Of a stretch of 43,786 bases of DNA, positions 15,660 through 27,509 are shown piece by piece. Source of the stretch: Eledone cirrhosa. Lineage: Eukaryota. Every line of letters begins with the position of its first letter. The stretch's first letter is position 1. The notes beneath the pieces were generated by a model. The model searched no databases. It saw only the letters and a program-made list of their open reading frames with translations, and was not told where the DNA came from. The stretch lies in contig CAXHJY010000342.1 of the NCBI GenBank assembly GCA_964016885.1, positions 1-43,786 on the forward strand. Reading direction: 5' to 3'. A program made the position numbers and the translations under genes.

Positions 15660-16165
15660 TGTCGATGATGATGATGAGGACGATGATGCCGATGATGCCG
15701 ATGACGATGACGTTGATGGCGATGATGAGGTGAGCTAGTATGATAATGATCATGATGCTGATGCGGCCGTTAATGTTAATGATGATGATGATGATGATGA
15801 TGATGATGTGGAGGTGGAGAAATAAGGGGGAGGGGATAAGAGTGACATGTTAGTAGTTTTATGTTTGGCGAATGATGGAGCAGATTGTGTAAAATGATCT
15901 GAGGTTTTGTGAGAGAGAGAGAGGGGGGTGGATAGTGAAAGAGAGAGGGGTGGGTAGTGAGAGAGAGAGAGGGGTAGTGAGAGAGAGGGTGAGAGAAAGA
16001 GAGAGAGAGGGGGGCAGTGAGAGAGAGAGAAAGAGAGAGAAGGGGTAGTGAGAGAGAGAGAGAGAGAGGGGATAGTGAAAGAGAGAGGGGGTAGTGAGAG
16101 AGAGAGTGAGAGAAAGAGAGAGGGGGGATAGTGAAAGAGAGAGGGGTGGGTAGTGAGAAAAAGAG
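15660..16165. repeat. (GAT)n and GA-rich GGGGTAGTGAGAGAG-type simple repeats
   Basis: Seen directly. Confidence 0.9.
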
Positions 16166-16365
16166 AGATAGCCAACTGGAGATTGTAATCGGAATTGTGG
16201 CTTCCAATGTTGACGTCACCAAGAATGCCTGGCAAGATGGCAGCCAGTCTTTTGCAGGAATATAACAAATATGTTGGAGTTGTTGTCGTAGAAGAGGTTT
16301 TTTTTGGTATTGAGTGGAGAGGGTGGGTCGGTGGCAGACGATGGTATGTATGTGTCTGTCTGTAA

Positions 16366-16626
16366 GTGGTGGTGCTGGTGGTGGTGGTGGTGGTAGTGGT
16401 AGTGGTGGTGGTGGTGGTGGCGACGGCGGTGATGGTGGTGGTGGTGATGGTAAGGATGATGGTGGTGGTGGTGGTAAGGATGGTGGTGGTGGTGGTGGTG
16501 GTGGTGGTGGTGGTGGTGGTGGTGGTGGTGGTGGTGGTGGTGGTGGTGGTGGTGGTGGTAGCGGTGGTGGTGGTGGTGGCGATGGTGGTGATGGTGGTGG
16601 TGGTGGTGGTGGTGGTGGTGGTGGCG

Positions 16627-16657
<31 letters not shown>

Positions 16658-16727
16658 TGGTGGTGATGGTAAGGGTGGCGACGGTGGTGATGGTGGTGGT
16701 GGTGGTAGCGGTGGTGGTGGTGGTAGT
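16366..16727. repeat. (GGT)n microsatellite
   Basis: Seen directly. It explains the poly-G/V/T/H ORFs. Confidence 0.97.
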
Positions 16728-17876
16728 AGAGGAAGAGGGAGAGAAAGTGAGAGAGTAATAGTATGTGTGTGTGTGTGTGTGTGTGTTTATGTGTGTCTGT
16801 GTGTGTGTATGTATGTGTATATGTGATTGCAAGAAAGAGAGAAATAAGGAAAAAAAGATAGTATACGTGTGTATATGTGTATGTATTTATGTTGTTTGTG
16901 TACATACATGTGTGTGTGTGCGTGAAGGTATACATGTATATGTACTTGTGCGTATATATGTATGTGCGTGTGTGTATATATGTATGTGTTTGAGTGCACT
17001 TGTGTGTGTATATGTGTGTGTATTGATGTGTTTGTGTGTAGTTGTGAGTACACATGTATGTGTGTATGTCTGTGTATATGTATGTATGTGTTTATGTGTG
17101 TACATATGTGTACGTGTTTGTGTGTACTTGTGAGTATACATGTATATGTGTATATATGTATGTTTGTGTGTGTATGTGTGTGAAAGCTTAAGATGGAACA
17201 GCGTACTATAAAAATAAATAGAAAGGTTAGCATTAGTGCCAATGAAGAGGATGTTTTCTGTTCACGTGATCACATTAAGTGCAGCCTCCTTCTACCTTTC
17301 TCTCCTCCTCCGCCATGTTGTTGTAGTGATTTCTTTGTTTATTACAAATAAAACATAATAGTTACGTTATAGCTTCAAGGATATATTCTGTGTCACCCCA
17401 CCCACCTAGTTCACTCTGTATGTTATGGTTTCAAGGATATCTGTGTCACCCCACTCCACTCTATCCCACCAGGTTCTGTATGAGTAAATTACATGGCCTA
17501 TAGGTAATTTATCGATCTAATTATTCATTCGAATGTAAATATCAACCCTGATTACCCAATTAGAAAGACCTTCGCAACAGAGAGAGAGTGATCTTTAGAA
17601 GAGACAATACCTCTGGTTTGTCAACTTATAGCTTACCTTGACATTTCAATGTACATGACTACAATCATTATAAAGTCATATACAATATTATTTAGAATAA
17701 ACCCTGCTAGCTATTATAAACAATATCGCCAAATGGATGAATGATAAATACAACAGAGTAATAAATCCTTATCATCCCTCTAAACAAACATTTCTTATTG
17801 AAGCAATCCATCTTGAATGCACATTACTGAATATAAACTTAATCAATTGGCAAAAGAGAAAAAAACACAAACAAAT

Positions 17877-18449
17877 TTGAAAAATATTATGAACACATTG
17901 TTTTACGTGCTGGGTCTGTATGAACGGGGTGGCAGTGCCCTTGAAAAACATTTTGAACACATTGTTTTACGTGCTGGGTCTGTATGAAGGGGGTGGCAGT
18001 GCCCTTGAAAAACATTTTGAACACCTAGTTTTACGTGCTGGGTCTGTATGAAGGGGGTGGCAGTGCCCTTGAAAAACATTTTGAACACATTGTTTTACGT
18101 GCTGGGTCTGTATGAAGGGGGTGGCAGTGCCCTTGAAAAACATTATGAACACATTGTTTTACGTGCTGGGTCTGTATGAAGGGGGTGGCAGTGCCCTTGA
18201 AAAACATTATGAACACATTGTTTTACGTGCTGGGTCTGTATGAAGGGGGTGGCAGTGCCCTTGAAAAACATTATGAACACATTGTTTTACGTGCTGGGTC
18301 TGTATGAAGGGGGTGGCAGTGCCCTTGAAAAACATTTTGAACACATTGTTTTACGTGCTGGGTCTGTATGAAGGGGGTGGCAGTGCCCTTGAAAAACATT
18401 TTGAACACATTGTTTTACGTGCTGGGTCTGTATGAAGGGGGTGGCAGTG
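17877..18449. repeat. 64-bp minisatellite, about 9 copies
   Basis: Unit TTGAAAAACATT(T/A)TGAACACATTGTTTTACGTGCTGGGTCTGTATGAAGGGGGTGGCAGTGCCC, head-to-tail with no spacers. Confidence 0.97.
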
Positions 18450-18560
18450 ACTATGGCCAAACTTCTCGGGCTCTCAGGGGCCAAATATCTTGGCGTAATT
18501 CTTTTAGAGATAAACACCACTTCCAACCAAATGTCACCTCTACTCTGTTCCATGTAACAT

Positions 18561-18780
18561 TAATTGGTTTCTGATTTAGGCACAAGGTCAACAATTTTGG
18601 AGGAGGGGAGGGTCGATTAAATCGACCCCAGTGCGTTACTGGTGCTTTATTTTATCGACCCCCGTAAGGATGAAAGGCAAAGCTAATCTCGGTGAGATTT
18701 GAACTCAGAACGTAAAAGGACTTAATTACATTCCACAAAACATGTTCGACGCTCTACCAATTCTACGGCCATTCCACGCC
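18561..18780 (-). mobile_element. tRNA-type SINE
   Basis: Reverse complement of the 5893/39097 family: GAGTTCAAATCTC, TTTGCCTTTCATCCTTACGGGGGTCGATAAAATAAAG, GGGGTCGATTTAATCGAC. Confidence 0.85.
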
Positions 18781-18837
18781 CTTATTTGGGTTAACAATAA
18801 AAGTACAACGTGTATAAATTTTTAAATCTTGCATTAA

Positions 18838-19160
18838 TCTATTAATATAATAGCCCTGTGTATTTGACCGTCGCACACTAGAGATGACTGAGGAAGGAAA
18901 GGATGATTGTGTCTAATATACACACATCTATGTGTTGACTAAAGAAGGTGGGGTGAGAAACTCTAGAAGTCCAGCGTTCTAAGATTCGCCACAGCTGTGT
19001 TTGTATGTTTGTATCACTTGTGTGAGTGAGCACGAAGGAACCATCCAACCAACCAGCCAACCAAACAACCAGCCAACCAACAAACAAACAAACATTTCTT
19101 CTTTATATATGTATAGATATTACAATTAGCCGTCATTTTTTACGGCACAGGGCCAGCTAG
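18838..19160 (+). mobile_element. Putative mini-Helitron (outer)
   Basis: Starts A|TCTATTAATATAATAG. The 3' end has a GCCGT...ACGGC hairpin followed by CTAG|T. Confidence 0.5.
18878..19117 (-). mobile_element. Putative non-autonomous Helitron (inner)
   Basis: The minus strand starts A|TCTATACATATATAAAGAAGAAATGTTTGTTTG, with a (GTTT/GGTT)n tract, and ends CTAG|T. No clear 3' hairpin. Confidence 0.5.
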
Positions 19161-19553
19161 TATATACAAATATTAACTCATGTGTCCCTTCTTAAAATAT
19201 TGACCGCTTCCAGGTTAATCTAGAAAACTATTTCAATGTTTGCCGAACTGCAACCAGTAAAATGTATAGAAACAATATTTATGAACAGCAAAATATACCT
19301 AAGTAAAAATTCCAAATATCTCAGACTTCAAAATGGTAGTAAGACTTTCTCTTCCATGAGATTCTGAGTATTATGTTCTGTATCTGAAATAAGAAACTCA
19401 GCAGAAATGTAGAGTAATGTGGAAAATAAACGTTAGATGGGTAAACAGTGCAGTAGATACATAATATGAATGTTTTATCATCACATGTAAAGAAATAGTC
19501 CGTGTCTAAATTGATGAGATTGTTTACTGTCGCAGTAATTGAAGATTTCACAC

Positions 19554-19628
19554 TATTTATAACTGTCTGTCTGGACACGTAACTCCTGGTCGGGAGGGGC
19601 GTAGGGGCGTCGCATTGATATAGGGCGT
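19554..19628 (-). promoter_or_regulatory. Possible core promoter (TATA plus GC boxes)
   Basis: TATAAATA on the minus strand (19554-19561) with three GGGCGT boxes 35-67 bp upstream in a local GC-rich patch. Motif evidence only. Confidence 0.25.
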
Positions 19629-20515
19629 TTCTAGGGCAAAGAGCCGGAACGAATGCACTAAAGCATTCTATCCGACGTTTTAACGACTCTGCCAATTCGC
19701 TGCCTTACTATTAATATCAAATTTCTTATAACTGTCTTTCATCACTCTAGTCACTGACCGGCTGATATTCTTGGCCGCCATTACTGAAATACACCGAATA
19801 TTTTGTTTGTAATTTATCGTTTCGTAATTGTTATGAGCGCTGAAACATGTGTTAGAAAGAAGATAATTAGAACTAAGTCTAACATTGTGAGGATTATTAA
19901 TAAAGAGACAGATTAAATAAGAGAATAACAGGTATGTAGTTGAAATGTGGAATGTAACTGTCTCCACATATTCAACAGGGCAAGAAATAATTGAAACGGG
20001 ACGAGTGCATCCCAACTAAAGAAGGACCCCCACCCCGTAAGGTGGAATGACCGATGCAGCGGATGTCACTGGTTGTTCTCCACAGCAATGCTTTCGCCAT
20101 CTAGAACGCGGGGTACAGGTGAGATATACCACTTGGCTTGGGGGTGTAGTGATTGCCCCACCGTTCTTATTCCCCTATAAAATTATCTCATTTTTTTCTT
20201 CCCGTCTCGCTTTTCCTTTCTAAAGAGAGTTCTCTGGAAGGGGTGAACCGCTGACATATATTGTGAGAGCCTCATGAGCAGAAAGCCAAGATTACACGGG
20301 TCACGAATTAAAAACAAAAACAATAGACAAGATAAGAATTTTAATGATGAAGCAGAGAAAGTAGACATTCACACACACGGCATAAGTATATAGAAATATA
20401 AACATATATATATACACCCACATTTACTTATACGTGTACATACAAACATGACTTTCGACATATATCCGCACATTGGCATATTTAACCAGATACAGGCTAC
20501 ATACATATATATCTC

Positions 20516-20571
<56 letters not shown>

Positions 20572-20663
20572 TTCTAAGTTATACATATGAGTGGGTGTAA
20601 GTAATTTTTGTTTACAAATGTATGTATATATATATATATGTATATATATGTCTGTGTGTGTGT

Positions 20664-20780
20664 GTGAAGGTGCGTGGCTTTGTGGTTAAGGTATTCAGCT
20701 GGCAATCGTAAGGTCGTAATTCGAAGGGTCAGCCTTGACACTTTCTGTGTCACGCTGAATCTCCCTGAGAACTACGTTAA
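20664..20780 (+). mobile_element. Internally deleted tRNA-type SINE
   Basis: Its head GTGAAGGTGCGTGGCTTTGTGGTTA matches the head of the 1239-1507 SINE. Confidence 0.55.
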
Positions 20781-20808
20781 TACACATATATATATATGTA
20801 TCTATAAC

Positions 20809-20850
<42 letters not shown>

Positions 20851-20940
20851 GCATCTATATATATATATGTGTGTGTGTATATATATGTGTGTGTGTATGT
20901 ATATGCATGTATATATATATATATATATATATTTATGTAT

Positions 20941-21125
20941 ATATTAATAAAAATGATGAAGTTTCGTTTACATGTATTTAGTTTTTTATTGTGTATCGCA
21001 GAGGATTGTCTCAAGGTCACCCATAGAATTTATGGGCTCCACTCCATTATCGATCTGCTCTCCAGGTCGATACGCAATAAAAATCTAAATATAAGTAAAC
21101 GAAATCTCATCGTTATTATTAATAT
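20941..21125. repeat. Imperfect inverted repeat, ~58-bp arms
   Basis: 20941-20998 is the diverged reverse complement of 21068-21125. Confidence 0.8.
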
Positions 21126-21193
21126 ATACACTCTGCCTGTATATCGAGTGATTGTTTTGGTGCCATTACCAGTAATTCACTGAATCACTTACA

Positions 21194-21283
<90 letters not shown>

Positions 21284-21594
21284 CTACATATGTATATGGG
21301 TACTTTGGGGTTTCGAATAATCGTATGTCACGCTTATTAATTTTCCAGATTGTTCAAACGCTCACACCCCCTCCTCATTAGATTTTGTTACTCTATTTCC
21401 AGCGAAATTTTAATCTAAGTGTCAGCATTTCTGCGACTATTTTTTTTTTTTTGCACATTAAAAACATTATAGATGACAAACAAAGTACATTACAAGATAT
21501 CTCATATGTTATAAAATAAATAGGGGTCTCAATGTGTAAACTGAACGACTAATTCTGGTTTGTAAAAAATCAACGGAAACAACCTTAAAAAATT

Positions 21595-21651
<57 letters not shown>

Positions 21652-21787
21652 TTTATCCCGGGTTCAATCGGGGGTAACCACAGTGAGTAAGGTTCTCAAT
21701 ACAAAGCAGAGTATAAGTATTTAATATAGAAAGGCTTCTTCACGACTAGAACTGTTTCATTCAGGAAAAATCATCAGGAATCATCAT

Positions 21788-21850
<63 letters not shown>

Positions 21851-21855
<5 letters not shown>

Positions 21856-22103
21856 GTAATCTTAAAGAACCCTTCATTCCTGGTCTTGTGTTAGCATGTT
21901 CTGTTCACATGCCAACACAAGAGCAAGAATGAAGTGCTCACTCTACTGACATGGCTATAAAATTGAGGCTTGTTTGCATAATTGCAAACGAATCGAATGT
22001 TATTAATATTCGAAAAACTCAGATTACATTTGTTGTATTCAGCCATGTAGAGCGAACTTTTCTTTTATTTATATATATATAGGACTGAAATAGCCGTCAA
22101 AAC
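21851..22103 (+). repeat. 253-bp direct repeat, copy 1
   Basis: Matches 32448-32700 with no indels and about 3 substitutions. Confidence 0.93.
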
Positions 22104-22220
22104 GGCTTGAACTCTGCCGTCGGGGTCATACTTTTTTCTATTTCCCACTCTACTACCTTAAGTATTGAGTACTCTGGTGCGTTATGGTCCATTTGGTTCG
22201 TTACCACAATTCCTTTGTTA
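22091..22220 (+). mobile_element. Family B pLTR-like fragment
   Basis: Homologous to 34290-34420 and, inverted, to 522-580. Confidence 0.7.
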
Positions 22221-22246
22221 TATATATATATATACATCAGGAATAA

Positions 22247-22278
<32 letters not shown>

Positions 22279-22519
22279 ACATAAAGATATGTGTATATGT
22301 AAGTATGTATACAGATATGTGTGTATGTATAGAGATATGTGCACCCCCCCCCCCCCCATATATATATGGTTTGAAATATAATATATTGTATAAAATATTT
22401 CATAAAATGAAATTTTATCCGCACCATTATATATAAAATGTAATTAATTTTGTTTACTTTACGGGACGCACTTAAATTGTGATAGTTATCACAGAAAGTA
22501 GACATATATATATGATATA

Positions 22520-22586
<67 letters not shown>

Positions 22587-22653
22587 CACATATATATATA
22601 TATACATACACATATATATATATATTTACACACACACAAACACAAACGCATGT

Positions 22654-22718
<65 letters not shown>

Positions 22719-22870
22719 CACATATATACAAATACATGCATATACATATATATATATACATATAAATACATATATATATATATATGTAAAAGGTAAACAG
22801 AAATAACAACACAATCGGTACACTATATGGAAGGTATATATTAGGTTAACGCCTGAGATTGCAGAAAGAG

Positions 22871-22963
<93 letters not shown>

Positions 22964-23000
22964 AATATACATATATATATAAATATACATATATAAATAT

Positions 23001-23033
<33 letters not shown>

Positions 23034-23128
23034 AATATACATATATAAATATATATATACATATAAATATACATATATAAATATATATATACATATAAAT
23101 ATATATACATATATAAATATATATATAC

Positions 23129-23217
<89 letters not shown>

Positions 23218-23383
23218 TATATATATATTGTTATACTTTGGGAGGGTCATGTTGCCAATAAGAAACACACGCACCAGTTGCTTTCACTTCAATTTAATTT
23301 AATATATATTTATAAATTTACAAATTTATAAATTTCTGGTTGGTTGGTTGGTTCCACAACCAGATAGTTGTTTATATATATAT

Positions 23384-23428
23384 AGTCATAGTTCTTTCGT
23401 CACACACTCTGTGACCTCTTCAGTGACT
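23384..23428 (-). ncRNA. Minimal hammerhead motif in Penelope pLTR (inverted copy)
   Basis: Reverse complement of 31613-31657. Confidence 0.75.
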
Positions 23429-23722
23429 GGGGATTTCTTTCTTCGTTTCTGTGCCTTTCCTTTCTTCTATCCTACGCCATTTTTTGTGTGTGGGTTGCGT
23501 GCTCAGTTTGCGCATCCGCCACATCCGGGTGTCTGTGTGTGTTTGTGTTCATTTTTCTATTTTTCTATTTATATTTGTTTGTTTATTTATTTATTTATTG
23601 TTGGTTGGTTGTTTGTTCTATGTGTGTGTGTGTTTTCATTTTGTCTTGTGTGTGTTTTCATTTTGTGTGTGTTTTCAATTGTAAGTTGTTTATATATGTG
23701 TGTGTGTGTTTTCATTTTGTCC

Positions 23723-26700
23723 TTAATTGTAAGTTGTGATGTTGCTGTTCCACTCATATTTTCTATTTAATTTTGGTTTTAATTCTTTTATGCTTACTGC
23801 CTCTGTAATTTGCCTAAACATTGCGTCTTTCTTGTGTGTGGATTCTATTTTTATTTCTATGCTCTCTAATTTACCCCTGTGTTCTATCTTAGCATGTTGG
23901 TAGAGCACAGATGATTCTTTACTATCTTGGAGGTCTCGCCAGTGTTCATTTATTCGTTCCCCTATACTACGAGCTGTCTCACCTATGTACACTATATTTT
24001 TGTTTCTACATTGTCCCTCAGTACATCTTATGCTATATACTACATTTCTAGTTTTACAGTTAATATGGGGGCTTATTTTACAGGTTATACATTTCTTATC
24101 TATACATGAGGGTCTTTGGAACGGGTATGTCTTGCTAATAAGTGTTTTTACGGAGGTACCAGGTCTTTCTACTATCTTAATATTGAGATTATGTTTCTTT
24201 AGGGCCCTTCTAAATTTGTAGGCTAGTTCACCTCTAGGGGTTGTATTGATGAACATTACACTCTGGTATTTATTGCTATCATACCATGAGTTTATTCTAT
24301 TGGCCTTGTTCTTAGTTCTTTCTATTCTATTCCAAAATTTGCTCCTATACAAGGGGCAGGTCCCATTTATGTCATTATTTACCATTTTTTCCCATTTGGT
24401 TCTGGCTCCTTTATACACTCTGATTCTATCTCTCTGATTGTAGCCAGAGAACTGCATACGGTGGATGAAGTGTTGTATGTGTCTCTCTAGTTCTTCGGGG
24501 TTGCACATGCGGGACACATTTCTCATCACCCGTATCAAATCCGCAATCAGTATGTTGATTTTGGTATGGTCCGAAATGGCCGAGTTTCGGTGGATCAGAT
24601 GTTTGGAAGTCATGGGTTTGGCATAATGGGAATGGAGGATTTGTTTTTGGTTGTTAATAGTATCTAACCAGAGCTCTGTGTCTAGTACAGGTAATCGATG
24701 GTTGGGGTGTCTACTTGGGTAGTCTATAGTAACTCTAATGCTCTGGTGGATGGAGTTTGCTATTTGCTGGATGCTTTCCATTGTGTTTTTCTCAGGTTCC
24801 TGACTGTTCTTTAGTGGGGGTGTCTTAACTACGATGTTTATATCATCTACGTAGCGGGAGTACATTATCAGGGTTAATCTGTCTTCTAATTGTTCTTTAA
24901 GTTTTTGTTTAAGTCTACTGTCCCACCATACCATGAACAAGTTAGCTATGTCGCCTGCAATGCTAACACCAATGGCTGCTCCTTCCTCTTGGGCATATGT
25001 TTTACCATTAAATTTGAACATATGTTCCTTAAGGGTTAATTTTATGCTGGCCCCTACCGCATGTGCAATCATTTTCTTCAGTTCATCGTGGTTTTCGGGT
25101 GTCCGTATGGCTCTGGTCCACCCGTTCCATCTATCTGTGTGGGTTTTCTTGGCCATTGAGGTAATGGTAGGTGGTCTGCCTCTTGCTGGTCTTGTAGGGC
25201 ACAGGTTGCTAAGGTCATAAGTGTCTAGGTAACTATTACTATGGGTAAGCTTAAGTAGAAGTCCCAGCTCACTGGTATCAATCCCACGGAACTCAACCTT
25301 GCTCTCGCTGATCATTTCGACGCATTTCTCCACAGCAAAATCCACGTCAATAGATGGATACAGGGACACAACATCCATACTGCCTATTATGCAGTTTGTT
25401 AGGTCCCCAGATCGGTTACCCGCGTCGATTCTGCTGAGGAGGTCCTCCGTGCTGTCACACACATCTGGGGACATCTCAATGATGGGGCGTATGATCAGGG
25501 AGAGGAAGTAGGACAGTCTGTAGTTACTAGCAATGTTAGCCCCACAGACTGGCCGTCTTGGTGGTCCCGCGACAGGGTCCCAGCCCGTTTTATGGTCTTT
25601 TCGAAGCCCATACAACGCCGGCACGTCATTGTTCCAGGCCTGGAAGTTGTTGGCAGTCCTTTTGTTGGGCTGCATTATATTTGTCCACATCACCATATGG
25701 GCATTGAGGGTTTTTTCTCTGTCCTCATGCTCCTGTGGTGTTACCTCTCTTGTGTTAGTGATGTGGGGTTGCATTGCCTGGATGTAGTTTGGCAGGCTGT
25801 CAACCGACATTCTGCCAGACTTGTCTGTTGGAAAGCATGCTATCTCTCCATTACGCGAGCGCTGCATGAGCTTACGCAAGCCATTTGCAGATTCTTCTCC
25901 CAGTTGCTGGGCCTCTATTCTATTATGCTTCTTGCTATACTGTTCTATAATATTTCTAAGTTCGGATTTAGCTATACTAAATTGTGCTTCTGTTTGTTCA
26001 TCGACCTGCGACGGCAACTGCGTGCGTTTGTTAAATGGCAAAGTCGTGGCGTGGACTCGTCGTAGGTCGAATGATTTATCGGAGGGGTTATAAAACGGAG
26101 AGTTCCAGGCTGCTGCTTTATGTGTACTTGCGCTATTGTTAGTTGTGTTGTTTCTATTTCCACCAACAGCAGCAGCCTCAGCTTCATGGTTGTTTCTATG
26201 TCTCTCATAATTACTCCTGTCTCTTTCCACTGGCTCAATGTTGTTATCTACCCTATTTTGTGTGTCTGTGTGTTCGTCTTGGTTATTCTCTTTGTCCTTA
26301 GTCTCCCTACTCCTTTTAATCCTATTACTTTCTCTTATTTCTCTGATTTCTGTGCTACTGTCATTACTTGTTTTCTGTGTCTGTGTGTTTGTTAAGATTG
26401 TAGTGGTGGTGGGAGGCATTGAATGTGTGTGTGTTGTTGTTGTTGATGTGTGTTGTTGTTGATGTGTGTTGTTGTCTCCGTGTGTGTGTGTGTTATCGTT
26501 GTTGTGTGTGTTGTTATTGTTGTTTGTGTTTGCGTGTCTGTTGTTGTTGTATCTGGGTATGTTGCTGTTGTTGTTGTTGTTGATGTGTGTGTTGTTGTTA
26601 TTGTTGTCTCCGTGTGTGTTGTTATTGTTGTTTGTGTCTGCGTGTCTGTTGTATCTGGGTATGTTGCTATTGTTGGTATTGTATCTGGGTATGTTGCTAT

Positions 26701-27403
26701 TGTTGTTGTTATTGTTGTTTGTGTCTGTGTGTCTGTTGTTGTTGGGATGTGTGTTGTATATGTGTGTGCGTATATTGTTGCTTTTGTTTTTGTTTTTGAT
26801 GCTCCAGCGTAGTTTCGTAAATGATTTTTCTATTTCTGACAGACAACTAATCATATTTACCTTCTTGAATGTCGCAAATTTGGGTGGCAGACGTAACACA
26901 GACATTTCATTATTATCTATTTTCGTGTTTCCATAAATGTTGGTATTTTCATTGTTGAACTCTTCAGATAATGAGGTGTCGGCCATGTTGATACCGTCAA
27001 TTTTGTCGGGATATCTATTGGTATACTCTATAGTATCCCGATTTAGCTTTGCCTGTTTAAGCCACTTTAATTTTCTGTTAAAGTGCTTATTACATTCTTG
27101 AGTAATGTACTGTTCTTCGGGGCGTATAAGGCTTATAAATGTTAGTTTTTCTGCTGGTGTGGTGATTTTAGATATTTCATCTATTAGGTTACGCTTTAGT
27201 TTTTCTTGATGACTTAATTCTCTATAGATCTTCTTTTTTATGTTTAGAATTAAAGTTCGTTTTAGCCTATCTGCTTGTTTTTTGGTGAGTTGTAATCTTC
27301 TAACGTCGGTATTGATGGTGTTGGTGTAGATTCTAGAAGTGGTGCACAGTTTTATGAAGTGTAGTTGTCGAGATGTTATGGTTTTTCGTAGACAACAGAA
27401 CAT
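23723..27403 (-). CDS. Penelope RT + GIY-YIG endonuclease polyprotein, N-terminally truncated (1226 aa)
   Basis: Uninterrupted ORF identical to the + copy except one residue, lacking the first 42 codons after the ATG at 27510. Confidence 0.85.
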   Translation of the reverse strand: MFCCLRKTITSRQLHFIKLCTTSRIYTNTINTDVRRLQLTKKQADRLKRTLILNIKKKIYRELSHQEKLKRNLIDEISKITTPAEKLTFISLIRPEEQYITQECNKHFNRKLKWLKQAKLNRDTIEYTNRYPDKIDGINMADTSLSEEFNNENTNIYGNTKIDNNEMSVLRLPPKFATFKKVNMISCLSEIEKSFTKLRWSIKNKNKSNNIRTHIYNTHPNNNRHTDTNNNNNNNSNIPRYNTNNSNIPRYNRHADTNNNNNTHGDNNNNNTHINNNNNSNIPRYNNNRHANTNNNNNTHNNDNTHTHGDNNTHQQQHTSTTTTHTHSMPPTTTTILTNTQTQKTSNDSSTEIREIRESNRIKRSRETKDKENNQDEHTDTQNRVDNNIEPVERDRSNYERHRNNHEAEAAAVGGNRNNTTNNSASTHKAAAWNSPFYNPSDKSFDLRRVHATTLPFNKRTQLPSQVDEQTEAQFSIAKSELRNIIEQYSKKHNRIEAQQLGEESANGLRKLMQRSRNGEIACFPTDKSGRMSVDSLPNYIQAMQPHITNTREVTPQEHEDREKTLNAHMVMWTNIMQPNKRTANNFQAWNNDVPALYGLRKDHKTGWDPVAGPPRRPVCGANIASNYRLSYFLSLIIRPIIEMSPDVCDSTEDLLSRIDAGNRSGDLTNCIIGSMDVVSLYPSIDVDFAVEKCVEMISESKVEFRGIDTSELGLLLKLTHSNSYLDTYDLSNLCPTRPARGRPPTITSMAKKTHTDRWNGWTRAIRTPENHDELKKMIAHAVGASIKLTLKEHMFKFNGKTYAQEEGAAIGVSIAGDIANLFMVWWDSRLKQKLKEQLEDRLTLIMYSRYVDDINIVVKTPPLKNSQEPEKNTMESIQQIANSIHQSIRVTIDYPSRHPNHRLPVLDTELWLDTINNQKQILHSHYAKPMTSKHLIHRNSAISDHTKINILIADLIRVMRNVSRMCNPEELERHIQHFIHRMQFSGYNQRDRIRVYKGARTKWEKMVNNDINGTCPLYRSKFWNRIERTKNKANRINSWYDSNKYQSVMFINTTPRGELAYKFRRALKKHNLNIKIVERPGTSVKTLISKTYPFQRPSCIDKKCITCKISPHINCKTRNVVYSIRCTEGQCRNKNIVYIGETARSIGERINEHWRDLQDSKESSVLYQHAKIEHRGKLESIEIKIESTHKKDAMFRQITEAVSIKELKPKLNRKYEWNSNITTYN

Positions 27404-27509
27404 GGTGGTTTTCAGTATCTTGTTAGCCTGGCTAATTTGTAAATTTATAAATATATATTAAATTAAATTGAAGTGAAAGCAACTGGTGCGTGTGTTTCTT
27501 ATTGGCAAC

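Larger units (their letters stand above)
23225..27435 (-). mobile_element. Penelope-like retroelement, inverted 5'-truncated copy
   Basis: Reverse complement of 27604-31816. Only about 3 differences noticed: an R/H codon at 27123 vs 27916, a 2-bp indel and one substitution in the 3' UTR. Its 3' end runs into (TA)n. Confidence 0.95.

Noticed and set aside
15750-17055. Poly-T/H/G/V ORFs
   Set aside because: Translations of (GGT)n, (GA)n and (GT)n repeats.
16210-17320. CRE (TGACGTCA), E-box (TCACGTGA) and YY1-like CAACATGGCGG / CAAGATGGC motifs; minus-strand MAEEERK start
   Set aside because: Short isolated motifs. The ATG frame stops after 13 codons and has no good splice donor.
17877-18449. 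CRISPR-like array
   Set aside because: The units are contiguous and nearly identical with no unique spacers, there are no cas genes, and the context is eukaryotic.
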